DNA from: Armatimonadota bacterium
GTDB lineage: Bacteria; Armatimonadota; HRBIN16
DNA length: 64,000 bases
Assembly: GCA_026003175.1 (NCBI GenBank)
Contig: BPGT01000001.1
Coordinates: 408,839 to 472,838 of the forward strand
Direction: 5' to 3'
The notes beneath the pieces were generated by a model, which saw nothing but the letters and a program-made list of their open reading frames with translations, was not told the DNA's origin and did no database searches. A program made the translations under genes and the position numbers. Below, piece by piece: positions 46,788 to 57,057 of the stretch; position 1 is the stretch's first letter, and every line of letters starts with the position of its first letter.

Positions 46788-47819
46788 TCAAGCGTCTTCG
46801 CCCATTATCTCTTTTCGGGTGACTTCACGCCCTTCCTGCACCGAGCGATAACCTGCTTCGATCAGTGCGACCACCTGCAGGTTGTGTCTACCGCTGCACA
46901 GGTAGGGCTTGCCCTCTTCCAGAGAGCGGACGTAGTGCAACATAGCGTTGCTGAAGGCGTCGGGAAACCATTTGCCGGTGAAGCGGGGACGTATCTCGGC
47001 GGGTGGGTCAACGGTGACAATGACCACATCCTCGCTGGATCCTGTTATCGCGCCCTTATCGCCCTGAATCACCACCTCTTCCACAGAGTGCGGACGCGGT
47101 AGATGCCCCCGATAGCACCAGTTGTTGATGATGCACGCCTGCATTCCACTCTCAAAGCGGATGTTCATCACGTTCCATGTGTCGCCAACAGTACCTTTCT
47201 GCGATGGGTCACGTCCCATAATGGCATAGGCGCTGTGCCAGCTGCCGAACCAGTGCACCACCAGCGCAAGGTGATGCACACCCATGTCGCTAAGCACCCA
47301 GCGTTCCTGCTTGCCGTAGAAGGGGTGTCCGCTCAGGTCAGACCAGCTGCGGTTCTCTATCTGGCAGTAGTACGGCGTGCCGATAGCCCCCTCTTGCAGA
47401 TACCGCTCCATCGCCTGAAAGCCCGGCACGAACACCGAGTTCTGATTGACCATCAGCGGGATACCCGCCTCTTCGGCGATGTGCACCAGCTTTTTGGCGT
47501 TCTCGTAGTACTGCTCCAGCGGTTTCTGCACGAACAGCGCTTTGCCGTACTGAGCTGCCCAGCGGAAAATCGGCTCGCGGACGTGCAGGAAATGCGGCGC
47601 TGCCACATCCACAATCTTGACGTCAGGATGGGCAATCAGAGATTCTACATCGGTGGTAGCGATAGGCAACGTCCACTTTTGCTGCATCAGCTTCACCCGT
47701 TCGGGGTCGATATCCGCCCCACCGATCACCCTCAGTCCAGCATTATGGTATGCCTGAAGATGCACGTTGGCGATACCGCCCAGCCCAATGATACCAATGC
47801 CCCATTGTTCGATCGCCAT
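46788..47819 (-). CDS. Gfo/Idh/MocA family oxidoreductase
   Basis: N-terminal Rossmann GIGIIGLGGIANVHLQAYHNAGLRVIGGADI; typical partner of ThuA. Confidence 0.85.
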   Translation of the reverse strand: MAIEQWGIGIIGLGGIANVHLQAYHNAGLRVIGGADIDPERVKLMQQKWTLPIATTDVESLIAHPDVKIVDVAAPHFLHVREPIFRWAAQYGKALFVQKPLEQYYENAKKLVHIAEEAGIPLMVNQNSVFVPGFQAMERYLQEGAIGTPYYCQIENRSWSDLSGHPFYGKQERWVLSDMGVHHLALVVHWFGSWHSAYAIMGRDPSQKGTVGDTWNVMNIRFESGMQACIINNWCYRGHLPRPHSVEEVVIQGDKGAITGSSEDVVIVTVDPPAEIRPRFTGKWFPDAFSNAMLHYVRSLEEGKPYLCSGRHNLQVVALIEAGYRSVQEGREVTRKEIMGEDA

Positions 47820-47940
47820 CTATGAACCTCCTTCGCTCGCTACGACACGGAAGCTGTGTTACCACATACGCTCTCATGATTCTTGTTGCGCGGGAGAAGG
47901 TTCCTCCGTTCGTGAAACCAACAATGAGGAGGTGGAACAG

Positions 47941-48128
47941 GATAGTACTTTGTCAAATCTTTTCCTTAAGATGTGGATGTTGCCCCCGCGATTGAAAATC
48001 GCAGGCAACAGGCAACGAAACTTGCTCACGCAGGTTATCCACCCCCGAAGGGGATTTTGTGGTTGTTGCCCGCGACTTCCAGTCGCCGGGCGTTCTATAA
48101 CAATTTTGAGCCTTGACAGACTACCAGG
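47941..48128. repeat. MITE-like ~190-bp repeat (family B), second full copy
   Basis: Same TIRs and hairpins as 40811-40999; located ~110 bp 5' of the Gfo/Idh/MocA gene. Confidence 0.75.
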
Positions 48129-48136
48129 TCTAAGCG

Positions 48137-49282
48137 TTAACTTCGCAATCCCTGCGCCAGCTTGCGTGTCTCCTCGGCAATCACGCGCTCCTCGTCGGTT
48201 GGCACTACATATATTTTGACACGAGATGTGGGGGTGCTGATACACCTTTCTCCCTTGCCCTTGCGGTTGGCGATTTCGTCGATCTCCACGCCCAGATACC
48301 CTAATGAGGCACACACCCGGCTGCGCACGGCCGCGCTATTCTCGCCAATACCCGCTGTGAAGGCAATGGCGTGCACGCCGTTCATCGCAGCGGCGTACGC
48401 GCCGATGTATTTGATAACACGGTAACAGAATACCTCAAAAGCAGTCTGCGCTTTAGTATCTCCAGCGGCAGCGCGCGCCTCCACATCGCGCATATCCGAC
48501 ACCCCCGCCAGCGCAAGCAAACCGCCCTCTTTGTTAATCAAGCGGTCTATGCGGTCTGCATCCCAGCCCAGCGTGCGTTGCAGGTGCAGGATTATCGCCG
48601 GGTCGATATCGCCGGAGCGGGTTCCCATCACCAGACCCTCAGCAGGGGTCATGCCCATGCTGGTATCTACGCTTTTACCGTCCAGCACCGCGGTGATACT
48701 GCTTCCATTGCCCAGATGGCAGCAGATCACTTTGCTGGGCGCTTGCAAAGCGTTCTCCTGCTCCAGCAGCTCTATCACTCGCTGCGAGACGTAGCGATGC
48801 GACGTGCCGTGAAAGCCATATCGGCGGATACCGTATTTTTCGCGCAGTTCATAGGGCAGGGCGTACAGGTAAGCATGCGGTGGCAGAGTGTGGTGGAAAG
48901 CAGTGTCGAACACTGCTACCTGTATCGCCTGAGGCGCCAGATCCATGCAGGCACGGATACCTAACAGGTTAGGTGGATTGTGTAGAGGAGCCAGGTTGGC
49001 GCACTCCTCCACCGCCTGAATCACCTCTGGCGTAATCACTACCGCTCCTGTGAACTTTTCGCCGCCGTGTACCACGCGGTGCCCAATGGCGTGGATCTCT
49101 TCTATCGGCAAGCCACCTTCCATCTCGCTGAGGTGCGCGAACATCTGCTGCACTGCCACCATGTGATTTGGGGTCTCTGTGCTGCCTACCCGCTCTATCA
49201 AACCTCGCGCTCGCTCCTGCGAGTCACTGAACAAGCGGTATTTCACCGACGAACTACCGCAATTCACTACCAATATATTCAC
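48137..49282 (-). CDS. ackA: Acetate kinase
   Basis: GTG start giving VNILVVNCGSSSVKYRLF (canonical AckA N-terminus) with GGAGG RBS; the longer ATG extension lacks an RBS. Confidence 0.9.
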   Translation of the reverse strand: MNILVVNCGSSSVKYRLFSDSQERARGLIERVGSTETPNHMVAVQQMFAHLSEMEGGLPIEEIHAIGHRVVHGGEKFTGAVVITPEVIQAVEECANLAPLHNPPNLLGIRACMDLAPQAIQVAVFDTAFHHTLPPHAYLYALPYELREKYGIRRYGFHGTSHRYVSQRVIELLEQENALQAPSKVICCHLGNGSSITAVLDGKSVDTSMGMTPAEGLVMGTRSGDIDPAIILHLQRTLGWDADRIDRLINKEGGLLALAGVSDMRDVEARAAAGDTKAQTAFEVFCYRVIKYIGAYAAAMNGVHAIAFTAGIGENSAAVRSRVCASLGYLGVEIDEIANRKGKGERCISTPTSRVKIYVVPTDEERVIAEETRKLAQGLRS

Positions 49283-49408
49283 CGAAAGGTTCCTCCGGGT
49301 GTTTATCTGTGGCTTTTTCCGCTTCGTATATTTGGTGCATGGTGGGGTCTTCTCCTGCAAGGCGATGCACAACATACGGATAGCCTGGCGGGTGTGGCTG
49401 GAAGCAGG

Positions 49409-50446
49409 TCAACCGGCGGCGTTCTCCTCTTGCCTGCCGCTCCACCATTCCTCTTTGGGGGTGCGTAGCATCAGCTCACGGATGGCGTCACGGGGGTTCA
49501 GTCGCCCGTCCAGCACCGCGCGGATGGTCTGCGCGATGGGCATCTCGATACCCAGCCGCTGCGCCAGCCCGCACACCGCGAAGGTGGTGGGTACGCCTTC
49601 GGCAACCTGCTTCAGCTCCTGCAGGATTTGCATCAGTGGTTTGCCCTGTGCCAGTCCATGCCCCACCCGCCAGTTTCGGCTCAAGTGGCTGGATGCGGTG
49701 GCGAACAGGTCACCTACGCCCGATAGCCCCATGAAGGTACGTTCCTCTGCTCCTAGCGCCACACCCAGCCGCACCATCTCCGCCAACCCGCGCGTGACGA
49801 ACGCTGCTTTGGAGTTATCACCAAAACCCATGCCGTCGCTGATGCCTGCGCCGATGGCGAGCACGTTCTTCAGCGCGCCACCCAGCTCCACGCCCGTCAC
49901 GTCGCGATTGGTATATACGCGGAAAGAGGGATGCATGAACAACGTCTGTGCCTGCTTCGCTGCCTCCGGTGAGGAAGATGCCACCACCGTTGCCGTGGGG
50001 ATTTCGCGAGCCAGCTCCAGCGCGAGGTTGGGACCAGATAGCACCACGAGGTCGCCGCAGCGATCACCTAATGTCGCCTGCAATACCTGGGAGGGGCGAC
50101 TGCCGTCTGCTTCCAAGCCTTTCGCGGCGGAGATAATCAGTCGTGGAGCAGAGAGGCATTCTCGGACAGTGGATGCCACCTCGCGCAGTGCGCCAGCAGG
50201 CACGGCGAACACCAGCACCTCTGCCTCGCCAACGGCATATTCCACATCGCTGGTGGGGTTCACCGAAGGGGGCAGAGCGAAGCCGGGCAGGTAGCGCGGG
50301 TTCTGACCTTCGCGCCGAATGGCTTGCGCCAGCCCAGCATCGCGCGCCCACAGCGCTACCTGCACCCCTTTCTTGCCGAGCAGCAGAGCCAGCGCAGTGC
50401 CCCAGCTCCCCGCCCCTAAAACCGCTACCGAAGGCAACTCAGGCAC
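49409..50446 (-). CDS. gpsA: NAD(P)H-dependent glycerol-3-phosphate dehydrogenase
   Basis: VAVLGAGSWGTALALLL Rossmann start; conserved GpsA blocks throughout. Confidence 0.9.
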   Translation of the reverse strand: MPELPSVAVLGAGSWGTALALLLGKKGVQVALWARDAGLAQAIRREGQNPRYLPGFALPPSVNPTSDVEYAVGEAEVLVFAVPAGALREVASTVRECLSAPRLIISAAKGLEADGSRPSQVLQATLGDRCGDLVVLSGPNLALELAREIPTATVVASSSPEAAKQAQTLFMHPSFRVYTNRDVTGVELGGALKNVLAIGAGISDGMGFGDNSKAAFVTRGLAEMVRLGVALGAEERTFMGLSGVGDLFATASSHLSRNWRVGHGLAQGKPLMQILQELKQVAEGVPTTFAVCGLAQRLGIEMPIAQTIRAVLDGRLNPRDAIRELMLRTPKEEWWSGRQEENAAG

Positions 50447-51692
50447 CGAACTTCTCCTGCACGTTCAACAGGCTGGTGAGCATCGGCACAAGGTCTTTGC
50501 CCCGGATGCGTCCCAAACCACCCCGTGCACATGCCCGCTCGCCGAACTGTGTGACCTCATCGGTGCGCACTTCCGGTCCCCACAGCACTATCGGAACCGG
50601 CTCACCCGTATGGTCGCCGAAGGAGCAGGCGGTGGTATGGTCGGCGGAGACCACAATAAAGGTGGTAGCAGGGTCAATCTGCATCAGTAGCCAGCCCAGC
50701 ATGGCATCGATACGCTGGATGATATCCACCTTCGCCTGTGGGTTGTGGTCGTGTGCGGCGACATCAGGTCCTTTCACGTTGCACAGCACGAAGGTATGCT
50801 CCTGTAGCGCTTCTGCCACCTTGCGCCCCATCGCCATCACGTCGCTGTCCAGCCCACCAGTGGCTTCGGGTACCTCCAGTACCTTCAGCCCCACGAAGCG
50901 GGCAATGCCTTTAATCAGTCCCGTTTCCGCCACGCATGCCCCAACCAGCTTGTGATGCGTGTTGAAGTCGGGGATGCTGGGTGCGATGCCAGCACCGCGC
51001 GGCAGAATAATGTTAGCAGGTTTCAAGCCCTGCTCGATTCGCTTCCGATTCACAGGGTGGTCCTTCAGCTTCTCGTAGCTGATACGCACGAACTGGTTCA
51101 CGATGCGGGCGGTGCGTCGCGCGGCAGCGTCATCGGGGTCTATCGCCTGCACCTCGTGTACCTTTTCGCCCTCGGCGTGCGGGTCAGCATCGGTGATTTT
51201 GGGCGACAGCCCCGGCCCGCGCAGAATGAGCGCGCCTCGGTGCGCCACCGACTCCTTAAAGAACACCTGCACGTCCTCGATAAAGATGCCGTTCACCTGT
51301 GCCGCCAGCTGGTCGGTGCCTTCGGTGATGCGTCCGGCGCGTCGGTCCAGCACCACCATGTTCTCGTCCACCGTGCTGAAGTTACAACGGAAGGCGATGT
51401 CGCCTCCGCGCACCTCCATCCCTACGCCGAGCGCCTCGAAAGGTCCGCGTCCGGTGTATACAGCGTAGGGATCGTAGCCCAGCAGAGCGAGATGCCCCGT
51501 GTCGCTGCCCACGCGCACGCCGGGCGCAATCAGGTCCATCAAGCCCGTTTCGCCCTCAGCGGCGAGGCGGTCCATGTTGGGTGTATGCGCGGCTTCGATA
51601 GGGGTCTTGCCGCCTAAGGCGGGATGCGGCCGGTCTGCCATCCCGTCGCCGATAAGCACAATCGCTTTGCGGGTTTCGGAAGATGCTGCCAT
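50439..51692 (-). CDS. apgM: 2,3-bisphosphoglycerate-independent phosphoglycerate mutase, archaeal-type
   Basis: KAIVLIGDGMADRP...TPNMDRLA...ADHTT blocks; 417 aa. Confidence 0.85.
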   Translation of the reverse strand: MAASSETRKAIVLIGDGMADRPHPALGGKTPIEAAHTPNMDRLAAEGETGLMDLIAPGVRVGSDTGHLALLGYDPYAVYTGRGPFEALGVGMEVRGGDIAFRCNFSTVDENMVVLDRRAGRITEGTDQLAAQVNGIFIEDVQVFFKESVAHRGALILRGPGLSPKITDADPHAEGEKVHEVQAIDPDDAAARRTARIVNQFVRISYEKLKDHPVNRKRIEQGLKPANIILPRGAGIAPSIPDFNTHHKLVGACVAETGLIKGIARFVGLKVLEVPEATGGLDSDVMAMGRKVAEALQEHTFVLCNVKGPDVAAHDHNPQAKVDIIQRIDAMLGWLLMQIDPATTFIVVSADHTTACSFGDHTGEPVPIVLWGPEVRTDEVTQFGERACARGGLGRIRGKDLVPMLTSLLNVQEKFGA

Positions 51693-51824
51693 TGGGTCAA
51701 CCTCCTGGTGGGAATACTGCTCCTTTCACTTCCGCATGAGAAGGGCGATTTCCTGTTTGCGCATGAGAGGAAGGTATCCGACACGACACGAATGAAATAA
51801 AGAGGATATCAGGGAGGCCTCGCT

Positions 51825-53303
51825 ATGCCCACACAGGAACACATCCAGCGTGAGGTGCAGAATCTGGTTCACCTGGTGAACTTCGATGAAGTGGAGAGCC
51901 AACTGCATCTCGCCTCACAGGTGAACCAGATGATGCGGCTCGCCAATCAGGGAAGAATTAGACAGACATACGACCTCGCTGTCTCGCTGATAGACGCCCA
52001 AAAGGGCACCTTCTCGCTGTTGGCTGCCGAGTTGGGGGAACCCATCCTGCTGGAGCTGGTCCTTGAGCTCAGAGACAGGGGGCAACCTGAGGAAGCCATC
52101 GAGGAGATGAAACGGTGGCTGGAACGATTTCCCGGGCATCCCGTCGTATCCTGCGCTCTGGTAGATAGCTTCCATTCTTTCAGTGAGGAAGCGCTCTCGG
52201 GGGTGCATGGCAAAGAGATTCTGAACAAAGTGTTGGAGCAACACCCCCGAACTCTGCACGCCTACTTATTGGTGGCTCGGAGGATGGTATTCATCAACTG
52301 GCTCATGCGCGGCCAGAACTTGACCCAGCTGGTCACCCACATCTGGAAGGGGTTGCGCCAGATGGAGTGGGTGATTCCTCCCAACCGGGATAATGTCCGT
52401 AAAACTCTCTCGGATCTGTTCATGTTCAGCCGGTTCGCGCTGAACTCGCGCGCACGCCGCCAGCGTCTCGACGAGCTCGTCGAGCAGACGAGCGAACTGC
52501 TCAAGCCGGAAGAACGTCCGTTGTGGACCCCCGAGGACTACCAGTGGATTTCGGCTCAGTGGCTGCCGATGGTGCGACGCCCTACCCAGCGAGAGCAAGA
52601 GGAATTGCTGGATAGTATCGATATGCAAACGGTGCAGGATCTGCTGGACGATGCCGAAGTCTACGAACAGGTAAAGCAGTGGATAAACAAATACAGGTGG
52701 CATCACGTGTATCGCAAGCTCATACCTTTTGAACGATGGGCACAACGTCCGCTGCATGGCAAGTTCCGCGAGCAGGCGATTTTGGCACTGTCCGCATTAA
52801 GCTTGCAGCAGCCCAGCCGCGATGTGAAACTGGACGACCTGCTGCGCTATACCGAACAGTGGGCAGAATTAGCCCCGAATGACGCCCGCCCTCTGGTGCG
52901 CAAGGTCATCCTTCTCATAGGAAAAAACGACGCCGCAGCGGCTCTTGCTGTTGCAGAGGATGCGTTGCGCCTGTCACCCCATGGCATCGAGCCACCTGCG
53001 CTCGTCGCCCTGATACTCGGCGCGAATACGCAGGACATTCACAAGATCTTTCAGTCAGCCCAAGCGCTGCAGCAGGCATGGCGTAACCTGCCTCTCGCGC
53101 AGTGGATTATGCATCCGCACCCGGCTCACGTGCGGGAGACGTTGCGCGTATTGGTTGGGTTGACCGCTCTCATAGCAAGTCGAGGGGGCCTGAGGCAAGA
53201 GGCGTTGCGAATCCTGGACGAAGGGGAGCGGCTGCTGGGAAGAAACGCTCCTGAACTGCAGATGGCACGACGCAGGATCACCGGGGCGGATGAGGGATGG
53301 TGA
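51825..53303 (+). CDS. Hypothetical all-helical (TPR-like) protein
   Basis: 492 aa, GGGAGG RBS, predicted helical repeat architecture, no recognisable catalytic motif. Confidence 0.5.
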   Translation: MPTQEHIQREVQNLVHLVNFDEVESQLHLASQVNQMMRLANQGRIRQTYDLAVSLIDAQKGTFSLLAAELGEPILLELVLELRDRGQPEEAIEEMKRWLERFPGHPVVSCALVDSFHSFSEEALSGVHGKEILNKVLEQHPRTLHAYLLVARRMVFINWLMRGQNLTQLVTHIWKGLRQMEWVIPPNRDNVRKTLSDLFMFSRFALNSRARRQRLDELVEQTSELLKPEERPLWTPEDYQWISAQWLPMVRRPTQREQEELLDSIDMQTVQDLLDDAEVYEQVKQWINKYRWHHVYRKLIPFERWAQRPLHGKFREQAILALSALSLQQPSRDVKLDDLLRYTEQWAELAPNDARPLVRKVILLIGKNDAAAALAVAEDALRLSPHGIEPPALVALILGANTQDIHKIFQSAQALQQAWRNLPLAQWIMHPHPAHVRETLRVLVGLTALIASRGGLRQEALRILDEGERLLGRNAPELQMARRRITGADEGW

Positions 53304-53559
53304 ACCGACAGGGGTAGGGCATATGCGACATATTCAAGGCTGCTGGATTGGTTGTGGCTTCGTACTCGCTCCACTGCTGTGGATGAAATAGTGATGCTTT
53401 TGGCCTCACAGAAGCGTCTATAAAATATGGGGGCGAGGCTCCTGCGAGCCTTTCTCTGTACAATGGCGAGGCGCGCTGAGCCGCTGAGCCGTAGCAACCT
53501 TCAGGTTGCGCTTGTCCCTCTTAGCGCAGGCTAGAGCCTACTTTGTGTGTGTGGAGGTG

Positions 53560-54492
53560 ATGGTGATGCGGGGCAGGATAGCACTCATTCTGCTGGCACT
53601 GCTCCTGGCGCTGGGTGCGTGGGCGCAGGAGCCGACGCGTGCTCGCAAGCGTATTGCAGTACTGTCCTTTGACGCACCGATGGAGTACCGCACCGCACAG
53701 CTGGGCAACGTCATCGGCGATATGCTCACTACCGCACTGGTGAAGATGGGGCTGGAGGTCATCGAGCGCTCGCAGCTGGAGGCGATTCTGCGCGAGCAGC
53801 AGCTGGCACGTTCGGGCATTATTGACCCCGCTACCGCTGTGGAGATGGGCAAGATTCTGGGCGTGGACTACATTCTCGGCGGGCGCATCACCGAGTTTGG
53901 CATCCGTGACGAGAGCCAGCTGGGCGGAGTGATTGCGCAGTTCTCGGTCGGCGTGCGAGTCAAGCGCAGTACCGCTCGAGTGAAAGCGGATGTTCGCCTG
54001 ATTGACGTGCGCACCGGGCGCATCCTGATGGCGGAAACAGGCGAGGGGCGCGAGACGCGCAACGACCTCACGCTGGTGGGCGCGAAGCTGTTCGACTGGC
54101 TGGCTGGCGTGGACTTTGGCAGTCGCGAGTGGGCGGAAAGCCAGATTGGGCGCGCCACACGCAAGGCAGTGGACGACATCGTAAAGAAAATCGCCGTCTA
54201 CTTCCCCTCGGAGGCGGAGGTAATCGCGGTGATGTCGCCCGATGAGTTCATTATCGACCGCGGGCGGTTTCAGGGCGTGCGCGTGGGCGATGCCTACGAG
54301 GTGTTCCGCGTCTCCACCGTGCGCAACTCGAAAGGGCAGGTAGTGTGGACGGATACCATCTCGCTGGGTATCGCGAGGGTGACCGACGTGCAGGACGAAC
54401 GGGCGAAACTGCGTTTCACCCGCCGCGCCAAAGAGGGGGAAGAGGTCAAAGAGGGCGATATCGTGCGGGCGATGAATAGCTCCAAACGCTGA
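53560..54492 (+). CDS. CsgG-like lipoprotein family protein
   Basis: RIAVLSFDAP...GNVIGDMLTTALVKMGLEVIERSQLEAILREQ...GKILGVDYILGGRITEFG matches CsgG-family blocks; GGAGGTG RBS. Confidence 0.6.
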   Translation: MVMRGRIALILLALLLALGAWAQEPTRARKRIAVLSFDAPMEYRTAQLGNVIGDMLTTALVKMGLEVIERSQLEAILREQQLARSGIIDPATAVEMGKILGVDYILGGRITEFGIRDESQLGGVIAQFSVGVRVKRSTARVKADVRLIDVRTGRILMAETGEGRETRNDLTLVGAKLFDWLAGVDFGSREWAESQIGRATRKAVDDIVKKIAVYFPSEAEVIAVMSPDEFIIDRGRFQGVRVGDAYEVFRVSTVRNSKGQVVWTDTISLGIARVTDVQDERAKLRFTRRAKEGEEVKEGDIVRAMNSSKR

Positions 54493-54507
54493 AAAGGGGG
54501 GAGCCGA

Positions 54508-54732
54508 ATGAACTTTCCCAAAAATCGGATGCGCGTCACCCATTCCCACGAAGGCAGACAGTCCGAAAAGGGCTGGCTGGTGCTGGATGTGCGTGGGCTA
54601 GACCTGGACGGCGTGAACTCTATCGTTATCCCCATCGAAGACATTGAGAAATTGCAGGAAGGTTCACAGCAGCAGGCGAATCCTCTAGAGCAGCTTCAGA
54701 TGCTGCTCGGCAAGAAGGAGGGAGAGCTATGA
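54508..54732 (+). CDS. Small hypothetical protein (74 aa), translationally coupled to the downstream Memo-like gene
   Basis: GGGGGGAG RBS; stop overlaps ATG of next gene (ATGA). Confidence 0.35.
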   Translation: MNFPKNRMRVTHSHEGRQSEKGWLVLDVRGLDLDGVNSIVIPIEDIEKLQEGSQQQANPLEQLQMLLGKKEGEL

Positions 54733-55601
54733 TACGCCCACCTGCCGTTGCGGGAATGTTCTACGCCGGTAGCGCCGCCGAACTGCGCGAGGAGATACGC
54801 GAATGTTTCCTCTCACCGCTCGGACCGGGGCGACCACCCCAAACGGTAGCCGACGGTAAGCACACCCTGCGCGGTCTGATGTGTCCTCATGCGGGCTATC
54901 GCTACTCGGGAGCCGCTGCCGCGCACGCCTACGCCCGCCTCGCCGAAGACGGCGCGCCCGAAACGGTTATCCTGCTGGGACCGAACCACCGGGCTATCGG
55001 TGCACCCATTGCGATTATCTCTCGCGGAGCCTTCAAGACGCCGCTGGGCGAGGTGCCCATAGATACCACTACCGCCGAAACCATTAAGGAGCAGGCTCCC
55101 ATGGTGCGCGAAGATGAGAACGCCCACTTGCCAGAGCATTCGCTGGAGGTGCAACTGCCTTTCCTGCAGACAGTGGCGCCCCATGCGCGTATCGTGCCCA
55201 TCGTTTTCGGCAGGGTGTACTATGACCGTGAGGGCGTGGAGATGCTGAAATCTCTGGGCAAGGCGATGGCGTCCTTGCTGGGTGACCCGACGCACCACCG
55301 TCTGCTGATAGCCAGCACCGACCTGATGCACTACGTGACGCGCGATGAAGCATACCGCATGGACGAAATCGCGCTGCAGGCAGTGCGTGAGGTGGACGGC
55401 GATCGGCTGATAGAAGAGGTATTCCGTCGCGACATCAGCATGTGCGGCGTGATGCCCACCGCCACCATGTTGTTTGCGTTGCGCCATCTGGGTATCGCAC
55501 AGGGTGAGGTGCTTTGCCATTACACCTCCGGCGACGTGCCGGGCGCGGATACCAGACACGTGGTAGGTTACGCCGCTTGCGCGTTCCACGCTCCCGCGTA
55601 G
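54729..55601 (+). CDS. AmmeMemoRadiSam system protein B (MEMO1 family)
   Basis: MIRPPAVAGMFYAGSAAELREEI...LMCPHAGYRYSG...: Memo-family signature. Confidence 0.8.
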   Translation: MIRPPAVAGMFYAGSAAELREEIRECFLSPLGPGRPPQTVADGKHTLRGLMCPHAGYRYSGAAAAHAYARLAEDGAPETVILLGPNHRAIGAPIAIISRGAFKTPLGEVPIDTTTAETIKEQAPMVREDENAHLPEHSLEVQLPFLQTVAPHARIVPIVFGRVYYDREGVEMLKSLGKAMASLLGDPTHHRLLIASTDLMHYVTRDEAYRMDEIALQAVREVDGDRLIEEVFRRDISMCGVMPTATMLFALRHLGIAQGEVLCHYTSGDVPGADTRHVVGYAACAFHAPA

Positions 55602-55731
55602 GATTTCAGCCTGCCGACGGTGAAAGCAACACTTGCGAGGCAAGCTGGTCAAGCCTTGTTAGCCTGGGGGGCGAGGCTCCTGCCGAGCCGCTGCCCCGGA
55701 ATCAGCCAGAACGCCTCGCAGGTGGGACGGG

Positions 55732-57057
55732 ATGTTCTCTGCGGAAGCGCTGCTTATTGTCGCGTTAATTCTGCTTAATGCCTTCTTTGTGGTTGCGGAG
55801 TTCGCACTGGTACGCGTGCGAGCCACGAGGCTGGAGGAGCTGGTACAGCAGCAGAACTGGCGCGCCCGCATCGCTAAGCACGCACAGGAACACATCGACG
55901 CCTACCTCAACACGGTGCAGGTAGGCATTACCCTTGCCAGCATCGGACTGGGATGGGTAGCGGAACCCTGGGCAGCCAAGCAGTTACAACCTTTGTTGAA
56001 ACTACTGGGCATCACTTCGCCCCGCAGTGTACACCTAACCGCCTTCCTCATCGGATACCTCGTTATCACCTTCCTGCATGTGGTAATCGGTGAAATGGTG
56101 CCTAAAAGCATCGCCATCCGCTGTACAGAGCCTGCCGCGCTGTGGACAGCTCCTCCGCTCAACCTGTTTCACCGACTGCTGTTTCCTCTCACCTGGTTGA
56201 TGACGGGTTGCGCGTCGCTGGTGCTGCGGCTGCTGCGCATCCCGCCCGCCTCTCCTGAGGAAGCGTATTCTCAAGAGGAGTTGCGTCTCCTGCTTGCCTC
56301 TTCGCGACGCTCAGGCGCATTGAAAGACACCGAGGCGGAGCTGATGGAGCATGTCTTCTCGTTCGGCGATAAGCGAGCGAAAGACATCATGGTTCCCCGT
56401 GTGGACATGGTGTATCTGTCTACGACGTGGCCGATAGAGGAGAACCTGCGCATTGCTGAACAGTACGGCTTCACGCGCTTCCCCCTTTGCGAAGGTGACC
56501 CCGACAAGGTGATAGGTATCGTGCACGTCAAAGACCTGTATCGCGCCCACCAGCACGGCATCGACTCGCTGAAACACATCGCCCGCGACTGTCTGATCGT
56601 GCCCGAAAGCAAACCCATAGACGAACTGCTGCGCGAGTTCCAGAAGCAAAAGATGCACATGGCAATCGTGGTGGACGAGTACGGCGGTACCTCCGGGCTG
56701 GTAACTATCGAAGATGTGATTGAGGAGATAGTGGGCGAGATTTACGACGAGTTTGAACCGGTGCAGCCACGTATCCAGAAGCTCGGCGACGACCGTTATC
56801 TGGTGGAAGCCAATGTGGAACTGGACGAGCTGGCGAAACAACTGGGGGTGGAGGTCTCGGCAGAGGACGGCGCGTTCGAGACCGTGGCTGGCTACGTGAT
56901 GGGCAAGCTCACCTCTATCCCGCGCGTGGGCGATCGTGTGCCCTTCGGCGATTACGAGGTACAGGTGGTTGAAATGCGTGGCAGGCGCGTGCACCGAGTG
57001 TATGTGCAGCCAGCTTCTATCCCCCCGCAAACGCCCTCTGTGGGTTCTTCGCGGTAA
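55732..57057 (+). CDS. CNNM/HlyC-CorC family transporter (DUF21 + CBS pair + CorC_HlyC)
   Basis: N-terminal 4-TM DUF21, CBS pair (IMVPRVDMVYL...), C-terminal transporter-associated domain. Confidence 0.85.
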   Translation: MFSAEALLIVALILLNAFFVVAEFALVRVRATRLEELVQQQNWRARIAKHAQEHIDAYLNTVQVGITLASIGLGWVAEPWAAKQLQPLLKLLGITSPRSVHLTAFLIGYLVITFLHVVIGEMVPKSIAIRCTEPAALWTAPPLNLFHRLLFPLTWLMTGCASLVLRLLRIPPASPEEAYSQEELRLLLASSRRSGALKDTEAELMEHVFSFGDKRAKDIMVPRVDMVYLSTTWPIEENLRIAEQYGFTRFPLCEGDPDKVIGIVHVKDLYRAHQHGIDSLKHIARDCLIVPESKPIDELLREFQKQKMHMAIVVDEYGGTSGLVTIEDVIEEIVGEIYDEFEPVQPRIQKLGDDRYLVEANVELDELAKQLGVEVSAEDGAFETVAGYVMGKLTSIPRVGDRVPFGDYEVQVVEMRGRRVHRVYVQPASIPPQTPSVGSSR

